A stretch of 64,000 nt of DNA, taken from Paraphysomonas bandaiensis (taxonomy: Eukaryota > Protista > Chrysophyceae). The notes below the pieces were generated by a model. That model had not been told where the DNA came from and ran no database searches. It saw only the letters and a program-made list of their open reading frames with translations. Below, one piece after another: positions 51,901 through 64,000 of the stretch (the first letter of the stretch is position 1; the number at the start of each line of letters is the position of its first letter). The stretch lies in contig CBFFRP010000011.1 in assembly GCA_965644295.1 (NCBI GenBank), positions 65,719 through 129,718 of the forward strand, given 5' to 3'. Made by a program: the position numbers and the translations under genes.

Positions 51901-54900
51901 GCTGATATCTATTAGTCTTAGATCTGTTTCGCACTTCAGAGTGTGTAATTCTTTCGGATTACGAAACTTCGTACTGCACAGTCCAAGCGCATCAAGAACT
52001 AAAACATAGTCATGGAGATTAAATACCGCACAGGCCTCGCGCTGCCGTGACCAACTACCAAAATATTTACATAACATGCTAATGTCAGAAACATCTTTCG
52101 ACCCACTGAAAGAATCAACCTTCTCAAATACAGGATAGAAGACTTCAACAACAGCTTCACAAAACATTTTATAGACAGCATCCGATTGACGTTCTAACCC
52201 AATATAATGAAGCCAAAGATTCATATCGATAGTAAAATCCGTGTCACCTTCAGGTGACACTACTTTCCCGTCAAGTAAATCAAGAAACTCCAAATAATCT
52301 ATCTCGCCATCGTTCGTGGAATCACAGTGCCTAAACACCACTGAGACCTCCTCCTCACTCAAATCCAAACCCAATGAATCTAGACCCTTGCGAAACTCAG
52401 TGAGATCTACAGTCTTACTATCATCTGTATCCAAGTCTGCAAACAATGCCTTCAACTTGTTCCGACTTGCCTCACGACCACCTGCCTCGCGATTCAGCTT
52501 GTGCTGGATGGCTGGTATCAACTCTTCAAAACTGCGAGCACGCTTACCAGAACCACTACCAGATTTAATTGGACGTAACATTTTCGAAGAAACCCCCTTC
52601 TCTGAATCACCATCATCATAGTCAACGTTATATAACATCTCCACCTTGCCGCCTACTTTCTTCTGACTGCGACCCACTATTATACCAGAAAACCAAGTAC
52701 CCTCCCCACCAAAGTTACCCTCTACCTTATCACCAACTGAAAACTGAGTTGAACCTGATGACGCCGAACCGCTACCCGAAGGCTTCCCGTCAAGTAAATC
52801 AAGAAACTCCAAATAATCTATCTCGCCGTCGTTCGTGGAATCACAGTGCCTAAACACCACTGAGACCTCCTCCTCACTCAAATCCAAACCCAATGAATCT
52901 AGACCCTTGCGAAACTCAGTGAGATCTACAGTCTTACTATCATCTGTGTCCAAGTCTGCAAACAATGCCTTCAACTTGTTCCGACTTGCCTCACGACCAC
53001 CTGCCTCGCGATTCAGTTTGTGCTGGATGGCTGGTATCAACTCTTCAAAACTGCGAGCACGCTTACCAGAACCACTACCAGATTTAATTGGACGTAACAT
53101 TTTCGAAGAAACCCCCTTCTCTGAATCACCATCATCATAGTCAACGTTATATAACATCTCCACCTTGCCGCCTACTTTCTTCTGACTGCGACCCACTATT
53201 ATACCAGGAAACCAAGTACCCTCCCCACCAAAGTTACCCTCTACCTTATCACCAACTGAAAACTGAGTTGAACCTGATGACGCCGAACCGCTACCCGAAG
53301 GCTTCCCGTCAAGTAAATCAAGAAACTCCAAATAATCTATCTCGCCATCGTTCGTGGAATCACAGTGCCTAAACACCACTGAGACCTCCTCCTCACTCAA
53401 ATCCAAACCCAATGAATCTAGACCCTTGCGAAACTCAGTGAGATCTACAGTCTTACTATCATCTGTATCCAAGTCTGCAAACAATGCCTTCAACTTGTTC
53501 CGACTTGCCTCACGACCACCTGCCTCGCGATTCAGCTTGTGCTGGATGGCTGGTATCAACTCTTCAAAACTGCGAGCACGCTTACCAGAACCACTACCAG
53601 ATTTAATTGGACGTAACATTTTCGAAGAAACCCCCTTCTCTGAATCACCATCATCATAGTCAACGTTATATAACATCTCCACCTTGCCGCCTACTTTCTT
53701 CTGACTGCGACCCACTATTATACCAGGAAACCAAGTACCCTCCCCACCAAAGTTACCCTCTACCTTATCACCAACTGAAAACTGAGTTGAACCTGATGAC
53801 GCCGAACCGCTACCCGAAGGCTTCCCGTCAAGTAAATCAAGAAACTCCAAATAATCTATCTCGCCATCGTTCGTGGAATCACAGTGCCTAAACACCACTG
53901 AGACCTCCTCCTCACTCAAATCCAAACCCAATGAATCTAGACCCTTGCGAAACTCAGTGAGATCTACAGTCTTACTATCATCTGTATCCAAGTCTGCAAA
54001 CAATGCCTTCAACTTGTTCCGACTTGCCTCACGACCACCTGCCTCGCGATTCAGCTTGTGCTGGATGGCTGGTATCAACTCTTCAAAACTGCGAGCACGC
54101 TTACCAGAACCACTACCAGATTTAATTGGACGTAACATTTTCGAAGAAACCCCCTTCTCTGAATCACCATCATCATAGTCAACGTTATATAACATCTCCA
54201 CCTTGCCGCCTATTTTCTTCTGACTGCGACCCACTATTATACCAGGAAACCAAGTACCCTCCCCACCAAAGTTACCCTCTACCTTATCACCAACTGAAAA
54301 CTGAGTTGAACCTGATGACGCCGAACCGCTACCCGAAGGCTTCCCGTCAAGTAAATCAAGAAACTCCAAATAATCTATCTCGCCATCGTTCGTGGAATCA
54401 CAGTGCCTAAACACCACTGAGACCTCCTCCTCACTCAAATCCAAACCCAATGAATCTAGACCCTTGCGAAACTCAGTGAGATCTACAGTCTTACTATCAT
54501 CTGTATCCAAGTCTGCAAACAATGCCTTCAACTTGTTCCGACTTGCCTCACGACCACCTGCCTCGCGATTCAGCTTGTGCTGGATGGCTGGTATCAACTC
54601 TTCAAAACTGCGAGCACGCTTACCAGAACCACTACCAGATTTAATTGGACGTAACATTTTCGAAGAAACCCCCTTCTCTGAATCACCATCATCATAGTCA
54701 ACGTTATATAACATCTCCACCTTGCCGCCTACTTTCTTCTGACTGCGACCCACTATTATACCAGGAAACCAAGTACCCTCCCCACCAAAGTTACCCTCTA
54801 CCTTATCACCAACTGAAAACTGAGTTGAACCTGATGACGCCGAACCGCTACCCGAAGGCTTCCCGTCAAGTAAATCAAGAAACTCCAAATAATCTATCTC

Positions 54901-57900
54901 GCCATCGTTCGTGGAATCACAGTGCCTAAACACCACTGAGACCTCCTCCTCACTCAAATCCAAACCCAATGAATCTAGACCCTTGCGAAACTCAGTGAGA
55001 TCTACAGTCTTACTATCATCTGTATCCAAGTCTGCAAACAATGCCTTCAACTTGTTCCGACTTGCCTCACGACCACCTGCCTCGCGATTCAGCTTGTGCT
55101 GGATGGCTGGTATCAACTCTTCAAAACTGCGAGCACGCTTACCAGAACCACTACCAGATTTAATTGGACGTAACATTTTCGAAGAAACCCCCTTCTCTGA
55201 ATCACCATCATCATAGTCAACGTTATATAACATCTCCACCTTGCCGCCTACTTTCTTCTGACTGCGACCCACTATTATACCAGGAAACCAAGTACCCTCC
55301 CCACCAAAGTCACCCTCTACCTTATCACCAACTGAAAACTGAGTTGAACCTGATGACGCCGAACCGCTACCCGAAGGCTTCCCGTCAAGTAAATCAAGAA
55401 ACTCCAAATAATCTATCTCGCCATCGTTCGTGGAATCACAGTGCCTAAACACCACTGAGACCTCCTCCTCACTCAAATCCAAACCCAATGAATCTAGACC
55501 CTTGCGAAACTCAGTGAGGTCTACAGTCTTACTATCATCTGTGTCCAAGTCTGCAAACAATGCCTTCAACTTGTTCCGACTTGCCTCACGACCACCTGCC
55601 TCGCGATTCAGCTTGTGCTGGATGGCTGGTATCAACTCTTCAAAACTGCGAGCCTGTAGGGTCTGCTTCATTTCGATTTTTGACGGTGTATGTCGTTTTA
55701 TACTTTCCGTTCTTCTCAGGTCTATGGCTTTGTACTTGCCAGAATAATAGTCAAACACTCTATGGTGAAGTGAACTTGTGTCTTGCCCAAGATTTAATGA
55801 AGAAATGACATGGCCGAATTCATTTTCATCAAGATGATCTGGTAGTGTGGTCATCAATTCCATACCTTTTTTTTCATCTATAACTTCGGCACGTGTACTG
55901 TTATTTGTTTTGTTACGTCGCAATTTGCATTCCGTAATACTTCGATCAATTATATCATTGAATTCAAACGGACTATTTGAAAACTTCGATAATACCATCT
56001 CCTTTAACTCTTCATTGGACCTCTCATACATCAGTAACTCCATATCAATCTCATCAACATATAAAAAATCAATAAAACTCGCAAAAGACAAACGAGAACT
56101 TCCTGCAGAGAGCAAGCGTGTAAAAACCACTGAGACCTCATCCTCACTCAAATCCAAACCCAATGAATCTAGACCCTTGCGAAACTCAGTGAGATCTACA
56201 GTCTTACTATCATCTGTGTCCAAGTCTGCAAACAATGCCTTCAACTTGTTCCGACTTGCCTCACGACCACCTGCCTCGCGATTCAGCTTGTGCTGGATGG
56301 CTGGTATCAACTCTTCAAAACTGCGAGCACGCTTACCAGAACCACTACCAGATTTAATTGGACGTAACATTTTCGAAGAAACCCCCTTCTCTGAATCACC
56401 ATCATCATAGTCAACGTTATATAACATCTCCACCTTGCCGCCTACTTTCTTCTGAATGCGACCCACTATTATACCAGGAAACCAAGTACCCTCCCCACCA
56501 AAGTTACCCTCTACCTTATCACCAACTGAAAACTGAGTTGAACCTGATGACGCCGAACCGCTACCCGAAGGCTTCCCGTCAAGTAAATCAAGAAACTCCA
56601 AATAATCTATCTCGCCATTGTTCGTGGAATCACAGTGCCTAAACACCACTGAGACCTCCTCCTCACTCAAATCCAAACCCAATGAATCTAGACCCTTGCG
56701 AAACTCAGTGAGGTCTACAGTCTTACTATCATCTGTGTCCAAGTCTGCAAACAATGCCTTCAACTTGTTCCGACTTGCCTCACGACCACCTGCCTCGCGA
56801 TTCAGCTTGTGCTGGATGGCTGGTATCAACTCTTCAAAACTGCGAGCACGCTTACCAGAACCACTACCAGATTTAATTGGACGTAACATTTTCGAAGAAA
56901 CCCCCTTCTCTGAATCACCATTATCATAGTCAACGTTATATAACATCTCCACCTTGCCGCCTACTTTCTTCTGACTGCGACCCACTATTATACCAGGAAA
57001 CCAAGTACCCTCCCCACCAAAGTTACCCTCTACCTTATCACCAACTGAAAACTGAGTTGAACCTGATGACGCCGAACCGCTACCCGAAGGCTTCCCGTCA
57101 AGTAAATCAAGAAACTCCAAATAATCTATCTCGCCGTCGTTCGTGGAATCACAGTGCCTAAACACCACTGAGACCTCCTCCTCACTCAAATCCAAACCCA
57201 ATGAATCTAGACCCTTGCGAAACTCAGTGAGGTCTACAGTCTTACTATCATCTGTGTCCAAGTCTGCAAACAATGCCTTCAACTTGTTCCGACTTGCCTC
57301 ACGACCACCTGCCTCGCGATTCAGCTTGTGCTGGATGGCTGGTATCAACTCTTCAAAACTGCGAGCACGCTTACCAGAACCACTACCAGATTTAATTGGA
57401 CGTAACATTTTCGAAGAAACCCCCTTCTCTGAATCACCATCATCATAGTCAACGTTATATAACATCTCCACCTTGCCGCCTACTTTCTTCTGACTGCGAC
57501 CCACTATTATACCAGGAAACCAAGTACCCTCCCCACCAAAGTTACCCTCTACCTTATCACCAACTGAAAACTGAGTTGAACCTGATGACGCCGAACCGCT
57601 ACCCGAAGGCTTCCCGTCAAGTAAATCAAGAAACTCCAAATAATCTATCTCGCCATCGTTCGTGGAATCACAGTGCCTAAACACCACCGAGACCTCCTCC
57701 TCACTCAAATCCAAACCCAATGAATCTAGACCCTTGCGAAACTCAGTGAGGTCTACAGTCTTACTATCATCTGTGTCCAAGTCTGCAAACAATGCCTTCA
57801 ACTTGTTCCGACTTGCCTCACGACCACCTGCCTCGCGATTCAGCTTGTGCTGGATGGCTGGTATCAACTCTTCAAAACTGCGAGCACGCTTACCAGAACC

Positions 57901-60900
57901 ACTACCAGATTTAATTGGACGTAACATTTTCGAAGAAACCCCCTTCTCTGAATCACCATCATCATAGTCAACGTTATATAACATCTCCACCTTGCCGCCT
58001 ACTTTCTTCTGACTGCGACCCACTATTATACCAGGAAACCAAGTACCCTCCCCACCAAAGTTACCCTCTACCTTATCACCAACTGAAAACTGAGTTGAAC
58101 CTGATGACGCCGAACCGCTACCCGAAGGCTTCCCGTCAAGTAAATCAAGAAACTCCAAATAATCTATCTCGCCATCGTTCGTGGAATCACAGTGCCTAAA
58201 CACCACCGAGACCTCCTCCTCACTCAAATCCAAACCCAATGAATCTAGACCCTTGCGAAACTCAGTGAGGTCTACAGTCTTACTATCATCTGTGTCCAAG
58301 TCTGCAAACAATGCCTTCAACTTGTTCCGACTTGCCTCACGACCACCTGCCTCGCGATTCAGCTTGTGCTGGATGGCTGGTATCAACTCTTCAAAACTGC
58401 GAGCACGCTTACCAGAACCACTACCAGATTTAATTGGACGTAACATTTTCGAAGAAACCCCCTTCTCTGAATCACCATCATCATAGTCAACGTTATATAA
58501 CATCTCCACCTTGCCGCCTACTTTCTTCTGACTGCGACCCACTATTATACCAGGAAACCAAGTACCCTCCCCACCAAAGTTACCCTCTACCTTATCACCA
58601 ACTGAAAACTGAGTTGAACCTGATGACGCCGAACCGCTACCCGAAGGCTTCCCGTCAAGTAAATCAAGAAACTCCAAATAATCTATCTCGCCATCGTTCG
58701 TGGAATCACAGTGCCTAAACACCACCGAGACCTCCTCCTCACTCAAATCCAAACCCAATGAATCTAGACCCTTGCGAAACTCAGTGAGGTCTACAGTCTT
58801 ACTATCATCTGTGTCCAAGTCTGCAAACAATGCCTTCAACTTGTTCCGACTTGCCTCACGACCACCTGCCTCGCGATTCAGCTTGTGCTGGATGGCTGGT
58901 ATCAACTCTTCAAAACTGCGAGCACGCTTACCAGAACCACTACCAGATTTAATTGGACGTAACATTTTCGAAGAAACCCCCTTCTCTGAATCACCATCAT
59001 CATAGTCAACGTTATATAACATCTCCACCTTGCCGCCTACTTTCTTCTGACTGCGACCCACTATTATACCAGGAAACCAAGTACCCTCCCCACCAAAGTT
59101 ACCCTCTACCTTATCACCAACTGAAAACTGAGTTGAACCTGATGACGCCGAACCGCTACCCGAAGGCTTCCCGTCAAGTAAATCAAGAAACTCCAAATAA
59201 TCTATCTCGCCATCGTTCGTGGAATCACAGTGCCTAAACACCACCGAGACCTCCTCCTCACTCAAATCCAAACCCAATGAATCTAGACCCTTGCGAAACT
59301 CAGTGAGGTCTACAGTCTTACTATCATCTGTGTCCAAGTCTGCAAACAATGCCTTCAACTTGTTCCGACTTGCCTCACGACCACCTGCCTCGCGATTCAG
59401 CTTGTGCTGGATGGCTGGTATCAACTCTTCAAAACTGCGAGCACGCTTACCAGAACCACTACCAGATTTAATTGGACGTAACATTTTCGAAGAAACCCCC
59501 TTCTCTGAATCACCATCATCATAGTCAACGTTATATAACATCTCCACCTTGCCGCCTACTTTCTTCTGACTGCGACCCACTATTATACCAGGAAACCAAG
59601 TACCCTCCCCACCAAAGTTACCCTCTACCTTATCACCAACTGAAAACTGAGTTGAACCTGATGACGCCGAACCGCTACCCGAAGGCTTCCCGTCAAGTAA
59701 ATCAAGAAACTCCAAATAATCTATCTCGCCATCGTTCGTGGAATCACAGTGCCTAAACACCACTGAGACCTCCTCCTCACTCAAATCCAAACCCAATGAA
59801 TCTAGACCCTTGCGAAACTCAGTGAGATCTACAGTCTTACTATCATCTGTGTCCAAGTCTGCAAACAATGCCTTCAACTTGTTCCGACTTGCCTCACGAC
59901 CACCTGCCTCGCGATTCAGCTTGTGCTGGATGGCTGGTATCAACTCTTCAAAACTGCGAGCACGCTTACCAGAACCACTACCAGATTTAATTGGACGTAA
60001 CATTTTCGAAGAAACCCCCTTCTCTGAATCACCATCATCATAGTCAACGTTATATAACATCTCCACCTTGCCGCCTACTTTCTTCTGACTGCGACCCACT
60101 ATTATACCAGGAAACCAAGTACCCTCCCCACCAAAGTTACCCTCTACCTTATCACCAACTGAAAACTGAGTTGAACCTGATGACGCCGAACCGCTACCCG
60201 AAGGCTTCCCGTCAAGTAAATCAAGAAACTCCAAATAATCTATCTCGCCATCGTTCGTGGAATCACAGTGCCTAAACACCACTGAGACCTCCTCCTCACT
60301 CAAATCCAAACCCAATGAATCTAGACCCTTGCGAAACTCAGTGAGATCTACAGTCTTACTATCATCTGTGTCCAAGTCTGCAAACAATGCCTTCAACTTG
60401 TTCCGACTTGCCTCACGACCACCTGCCTCGCGATTCAGCTTGTGCTGGATGGCTGGTATCAACTCTTCAAAACTGCGAGCACGCTTACCAGAACCACTAC
60501 CAGATTTAATTGGACGTAACATTTTCGAAGAAACCCCCTTCTCTGAATCACCATCATCATAGTCAACGTTATATAACATCTCCACCTTGCCGCCTACTTT
60601 CTTCTGACTGCGACCCACTATTATACCAGGAAACCAAGTACCCTCCCCACCAAAGTTACCCTCTACCTTATCACCAACTGAAAACTGAGTTGAACCTGAT
60701 GACGCCGAACCGCTACCCGAAGGCTTCCCGTCAAGTAAATCAAGAAACTCCAAATAATCTATCTCGCCATCGTTCGTGGAATCACAGTGCCTAAACACCA
60801 CTGAGACCTCCTCCTCACTCAAATCCAAACCCAATGAATCTAGACCCTTGCGAAACTCAGTGAGATCTACAGTCTTACTATCATCTGTGTCCAAGTCTGC

Positions 60901-63900
60901 AAACAATGCCTTCAACTTGTTCCGACTTGCCTCACGACCACCTGCCTCGCGATTCAGCTTGTGCTGGATGGCTGGTATCAACTCTTCAAAACTGCGAGCA
61001 CGCTTACCAGAACCACTGCCTGAAGGCTTCCCGTCAAGTAAATCAAGAAACTCCAAATAATCTATCTCGCCATCGTTCGTGGAATCACAGTGCCTAAACA
61101 CCACTGAGACCTCCTCCTCACTCAAATCCAAACCCAATGAATCTAGACCCTTGCGAAACTCAGTGAGGTCTACAGTCTTACTATCATCTGTGTCCAAGTC
61201 TGCAAACAATGCCTTCAACTTGTTCCGACTCGCCTCACGACCACCTGCCTCGCGATTCAGTTTGTGCTGGATGGCTGGTATCAACTCTTCAAAACTGCGA
61301 GCACGCTTACCAGAACCACTACCAGATTTAATTGGACGTAACATTTTCGAAGAAACCCCCTTCTCTGAATCACCATCATCATAGTCAACGTTATATAACA
61401 TCTCCACCTTGCCGCCTACTTTCTTCTGACTGCGACCCACTATTATACCAGGAAACCAAGTACCCTCCCCACCAAAGTTACCCTCTACCTTATCACCAAC
61501 TGAAAACTGAGTTGAACCTGATGACGCCGAACCGCTACCCGAAGGCTTCCCGTCAAGTAAATCAAGAAACTCCAAATAATCTATCTCGCCATCGTTCGTG
61601 GAATCACAGTGCCTAAACACCACTGAGACCTCCTCCTCACTCAAATCCAAACCCAATGAATCTAGACCCTTGCGAAACTCAGTGAGATCTACAGTCTTAC
61701 TATCATCTGTGTCCAAGTCTGCAAACAATGCCTTCAACTTGTTCCGACTTGCCTCACGACCACCTGCCTCGCGATTCAGCTTGTGCTGGATGGCTGGTAT
61801 CAACTCTTCAAAACTGCGAGCACGCTTACCAGAACCACTACCAGATTTAATTGGACGTAACATTTTCGAAGAAACCCCCTTCTCTGAATCACCATCATCA
61901 TAGTCAACGTTATATAACATCTCCACCTTGCCGCCTACTTTCTTCTGACTGCGACCCACTATTATACCAGGAAACCAAGTACCCTCCCCACCAAAGTTAC
62001 CCTCTACCTTATCACCAACTGAAAACTGAGTTGAACCTGATGACGCCGAACCGCTACCCGAAGGCTTCCCGTCAAGTAAATCAAGAAACTCCAAATAATC
62101 TATCTCGCCATCGTTCGTGGAATCACAGTGCCTAAACACCACTGAGACCTCCTCCTCACTCAAATCCAAACCCAATGAATCTAGACCCTTGCGAAACTCA
62201 GTGAGATCTACAGTCTTACTATCATCTGTGTCCAAGTCTGCAAACAATGCCTTCAACTTGTTCCGACTTGCCTCACGACCACCTGCCTCGCGATTCAGCT
62301 TGTGCTGGATGGCTGGTATCAACTCTTCAAAACTGCGAGCACGCTTACCAGAACCACTACCAGATTTAATTGGACGTAACATTTTCGAAGAAACCCCCTT
62401 CTCTGAATCACCATCATCATAGTCAACGTTATATAACATCTCCACCTTGCCGCCTACTTTCTTCTGACTGCGACCCACTATTATACCAGGAAACCAAGTA
62501 CCCTCCCCACCAAAGTTACCCTCTACCTTATCACCAACTGAAAACTGAGTTGAACCTGATGACGCCGAACCGCTACCCGAAGGCTTCCCGTCAAGTAAAT
62601 CAAGAAACTCCAAATAATCTATCTCGCCATCGTTCGTGGAATCACAGTGCCTAAACACCACTGAGACCTCCTCCTCACTCAAATCCAAACCCAATGAATC
62701 TAGACCCTTGCGAAACTCAGTGAGATCTACAGTCTTACTATCATCTGTGTCCAAGTCTGCAAACAATGCCTTCAACTTGTTCCGACTTGCCTCACGACCA
62801 CCTGCCTCGCGATTCAGCTTGTGCTGGATGGCTGGTATCAACTCTTCAAAACTGCGAGCACGCTTACCAGAACCACTACCAGATTTAATTGGACGTAACA
62901 TTTTCGAAGAAACCCCCTTCTCTGAATCACCATCATCATAGTCAACGTTATATAACATCTCCACCTTGCCGCCTACTTTCTTCTGACTGCGACCCACTAT
63001 TATACCAGGAAACCAAGTACCCTCCCCACCAAAGTTACCCTCTACCTTATCACCAACTGAAAACTGAGTTGAACCTGATGACGCCGAACCGCTACCCGAA
63101 GGCTTCCCGTCAAGTAAATCAAGAAACTCCAAATAATCTATCTCGCCATCGTTCGTGGAATCACAGTGCCTAAACACCACTGAGACCTCCTCCTCACTCA
63201 AATCCAAACCCAATGAATCTAGACCCTTGCGAAACTCAGTGAGGTCTACAGTCTTACTATCATCTGTGTCCAAGTCTGCAAACAATGCCTTCAACTTGTT
63301 CCGACTTGCCTCACGACCACCTGCCTCGCGATTCAGCTTGTGCTGGATGGCTGGTATCAACTCTTCAAAACTGCGAGCACGCTTACCAGAACCACTGCCT
63401 GAAGGCTTCCCGTCAAGTAAATCAAGAAACTCCAAATAATCTATCTCGCCATCGTTCGTGGAATCACAGTGCCTAAACACCACTGAGACCTCCTCCTCAC
63501 TCAAATCCAAACCCAATGAATCTAGACCCTTGCGAAACTCAGTGAGGTCTACAGTCTTACTATCATCTGTGTCCAAGTCTGCAAACAATGCCTTCAACTT
63601 GTTCCGACTCGCCTCACGACCACCTGCCTCGCGATTCAGTTTGTGCTGGATGGCTGGTATCAACTCTTCAAAACTGCGAGCACGCTTACCAGAACCACTG
63701 CCTGAAGGCTTCCCGTCAAGTAAATCAAGAAACTCCAAATAATCTATCTCGCCATCGTTCGTGGAATCACAGTGCCTAAACACCACTGAGACCTCCTCCT
63801 CACTCAAATCCAAACCCAATGAATCTAGACCCTTGCGAAACTCAGTGAGATCTACAGTCTTACTATCATCTGTGTCCAAGTCTGCAAACAATGCCTTCAA

Positions 63901-64000
63901 CTTGTTCCGACTTGCCTCACGACCACCTGCCTCGCGATTCAGCTTGTGCTGGATGGCTGGTATCAACTCTTCAAAACTGCGAGCACGCTTACCAGAACCA
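45964..64000 (-). CDS. Giant EF-hand/Tudor-like tandem-repeat protein with multi-IQ C-terminal tail; 5' end lies beyond the window
   Basis: Frame is open from the window edge to the donor at 51034 (intron 50980-51034; LQSTYRGW|RTRKQ). A chain of small exons follows to the stop at 45964, with IQ motifs LQSTYRGW, IQRVSRGR, IQKCWRKR, IQAICRGR, IQRMFRRR. Linkage of all 3' exons into one gene is inferred. Confidence 0.85.
52265..64000 (-). repeat. Coding tandem array: 519-bp unit (303-bp EF-hand pair + 216-bp Tudor-like), ~24 EF-pair and 19 Tudor-like modules, unique spacer at ~55655-56120
   Basis: The 519-nt periodicity is visible in both the sequence and the ORF track; three junctions have a 303-nt period with the Tudor module absent. 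Confidence 0.97.

Noticed and set aside
52316-63779. Periodic plus-strand ORFs (MESQCLNT.., MDVTFSKK..)
   Set aside because: Antisense shadows of the minus-strand coding repeat, with no independent coding signal.
52265-64000. Array as CRISPR, satellite DNA or pure assembly artefact
   Set aside because: There are no unique spacers; unit lengths are multiples of 3, the frame is open throughout and the SNPs are position-structured. Exact copy number still needs read support.
1-64000. Ca2+-signalling gene cluster (OSCA, TPC, EF-hand/IQ giant)
   Set aside because: The genes are far apart and interspersed with unrelated ones; co-occurrence is plausibly chance.
1-64000. tRNA, rRNA or snRNA genes
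   Set aside because: None recognised by eye; a tRNAscan-SE or Infernal run would be needed to exclude them.

Overview
AT-rich, gene-dense eukaryotic genomic DNA with many short (~50 nt) GT-AG introns. The gene content (TCTEX1D2-like dynein light chain, GT60 glycosyltransferase, stand-alone response regulator, Tudor-like repeats) suggests a flagellated protist, probably a stramenopile; this is inference. The window holds about 15 host genes: OSCA/TMEM63-like channel, secreted ADA2-like deaminase, ankyrin proteins, BTB/KCTD, Tctex1, two-pore-channel-like protein, 2OG-Fe(II) oxygenase, signal-peptide CK1-like kinase, NDUFB11-like, GT60, receiver-domain protein, Yippee-like protein and a ubiquitin-like/Cys-rich fusion. 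Mobile DNA comprises an 800-bp non-autonomous hAT element with an 8-bp TSD, a young Ty1/copia element (identical 293-bp LTRs, 5-bp TSD) and a decayed copia relic. The last 18 kb are the 3' part of one giant minus-strand gene. Its single >12.9-kb exon encodes ~24 near-identical EF-hand-pair modules alternating with 19 Tudor-like modules (519-bp unit), and it splices onto a multi-exon tail with at least 5 IQ motifs. Divergent-promoter intergenic regions are repeatedly filled with TAC/GTA-rich simple repeats.
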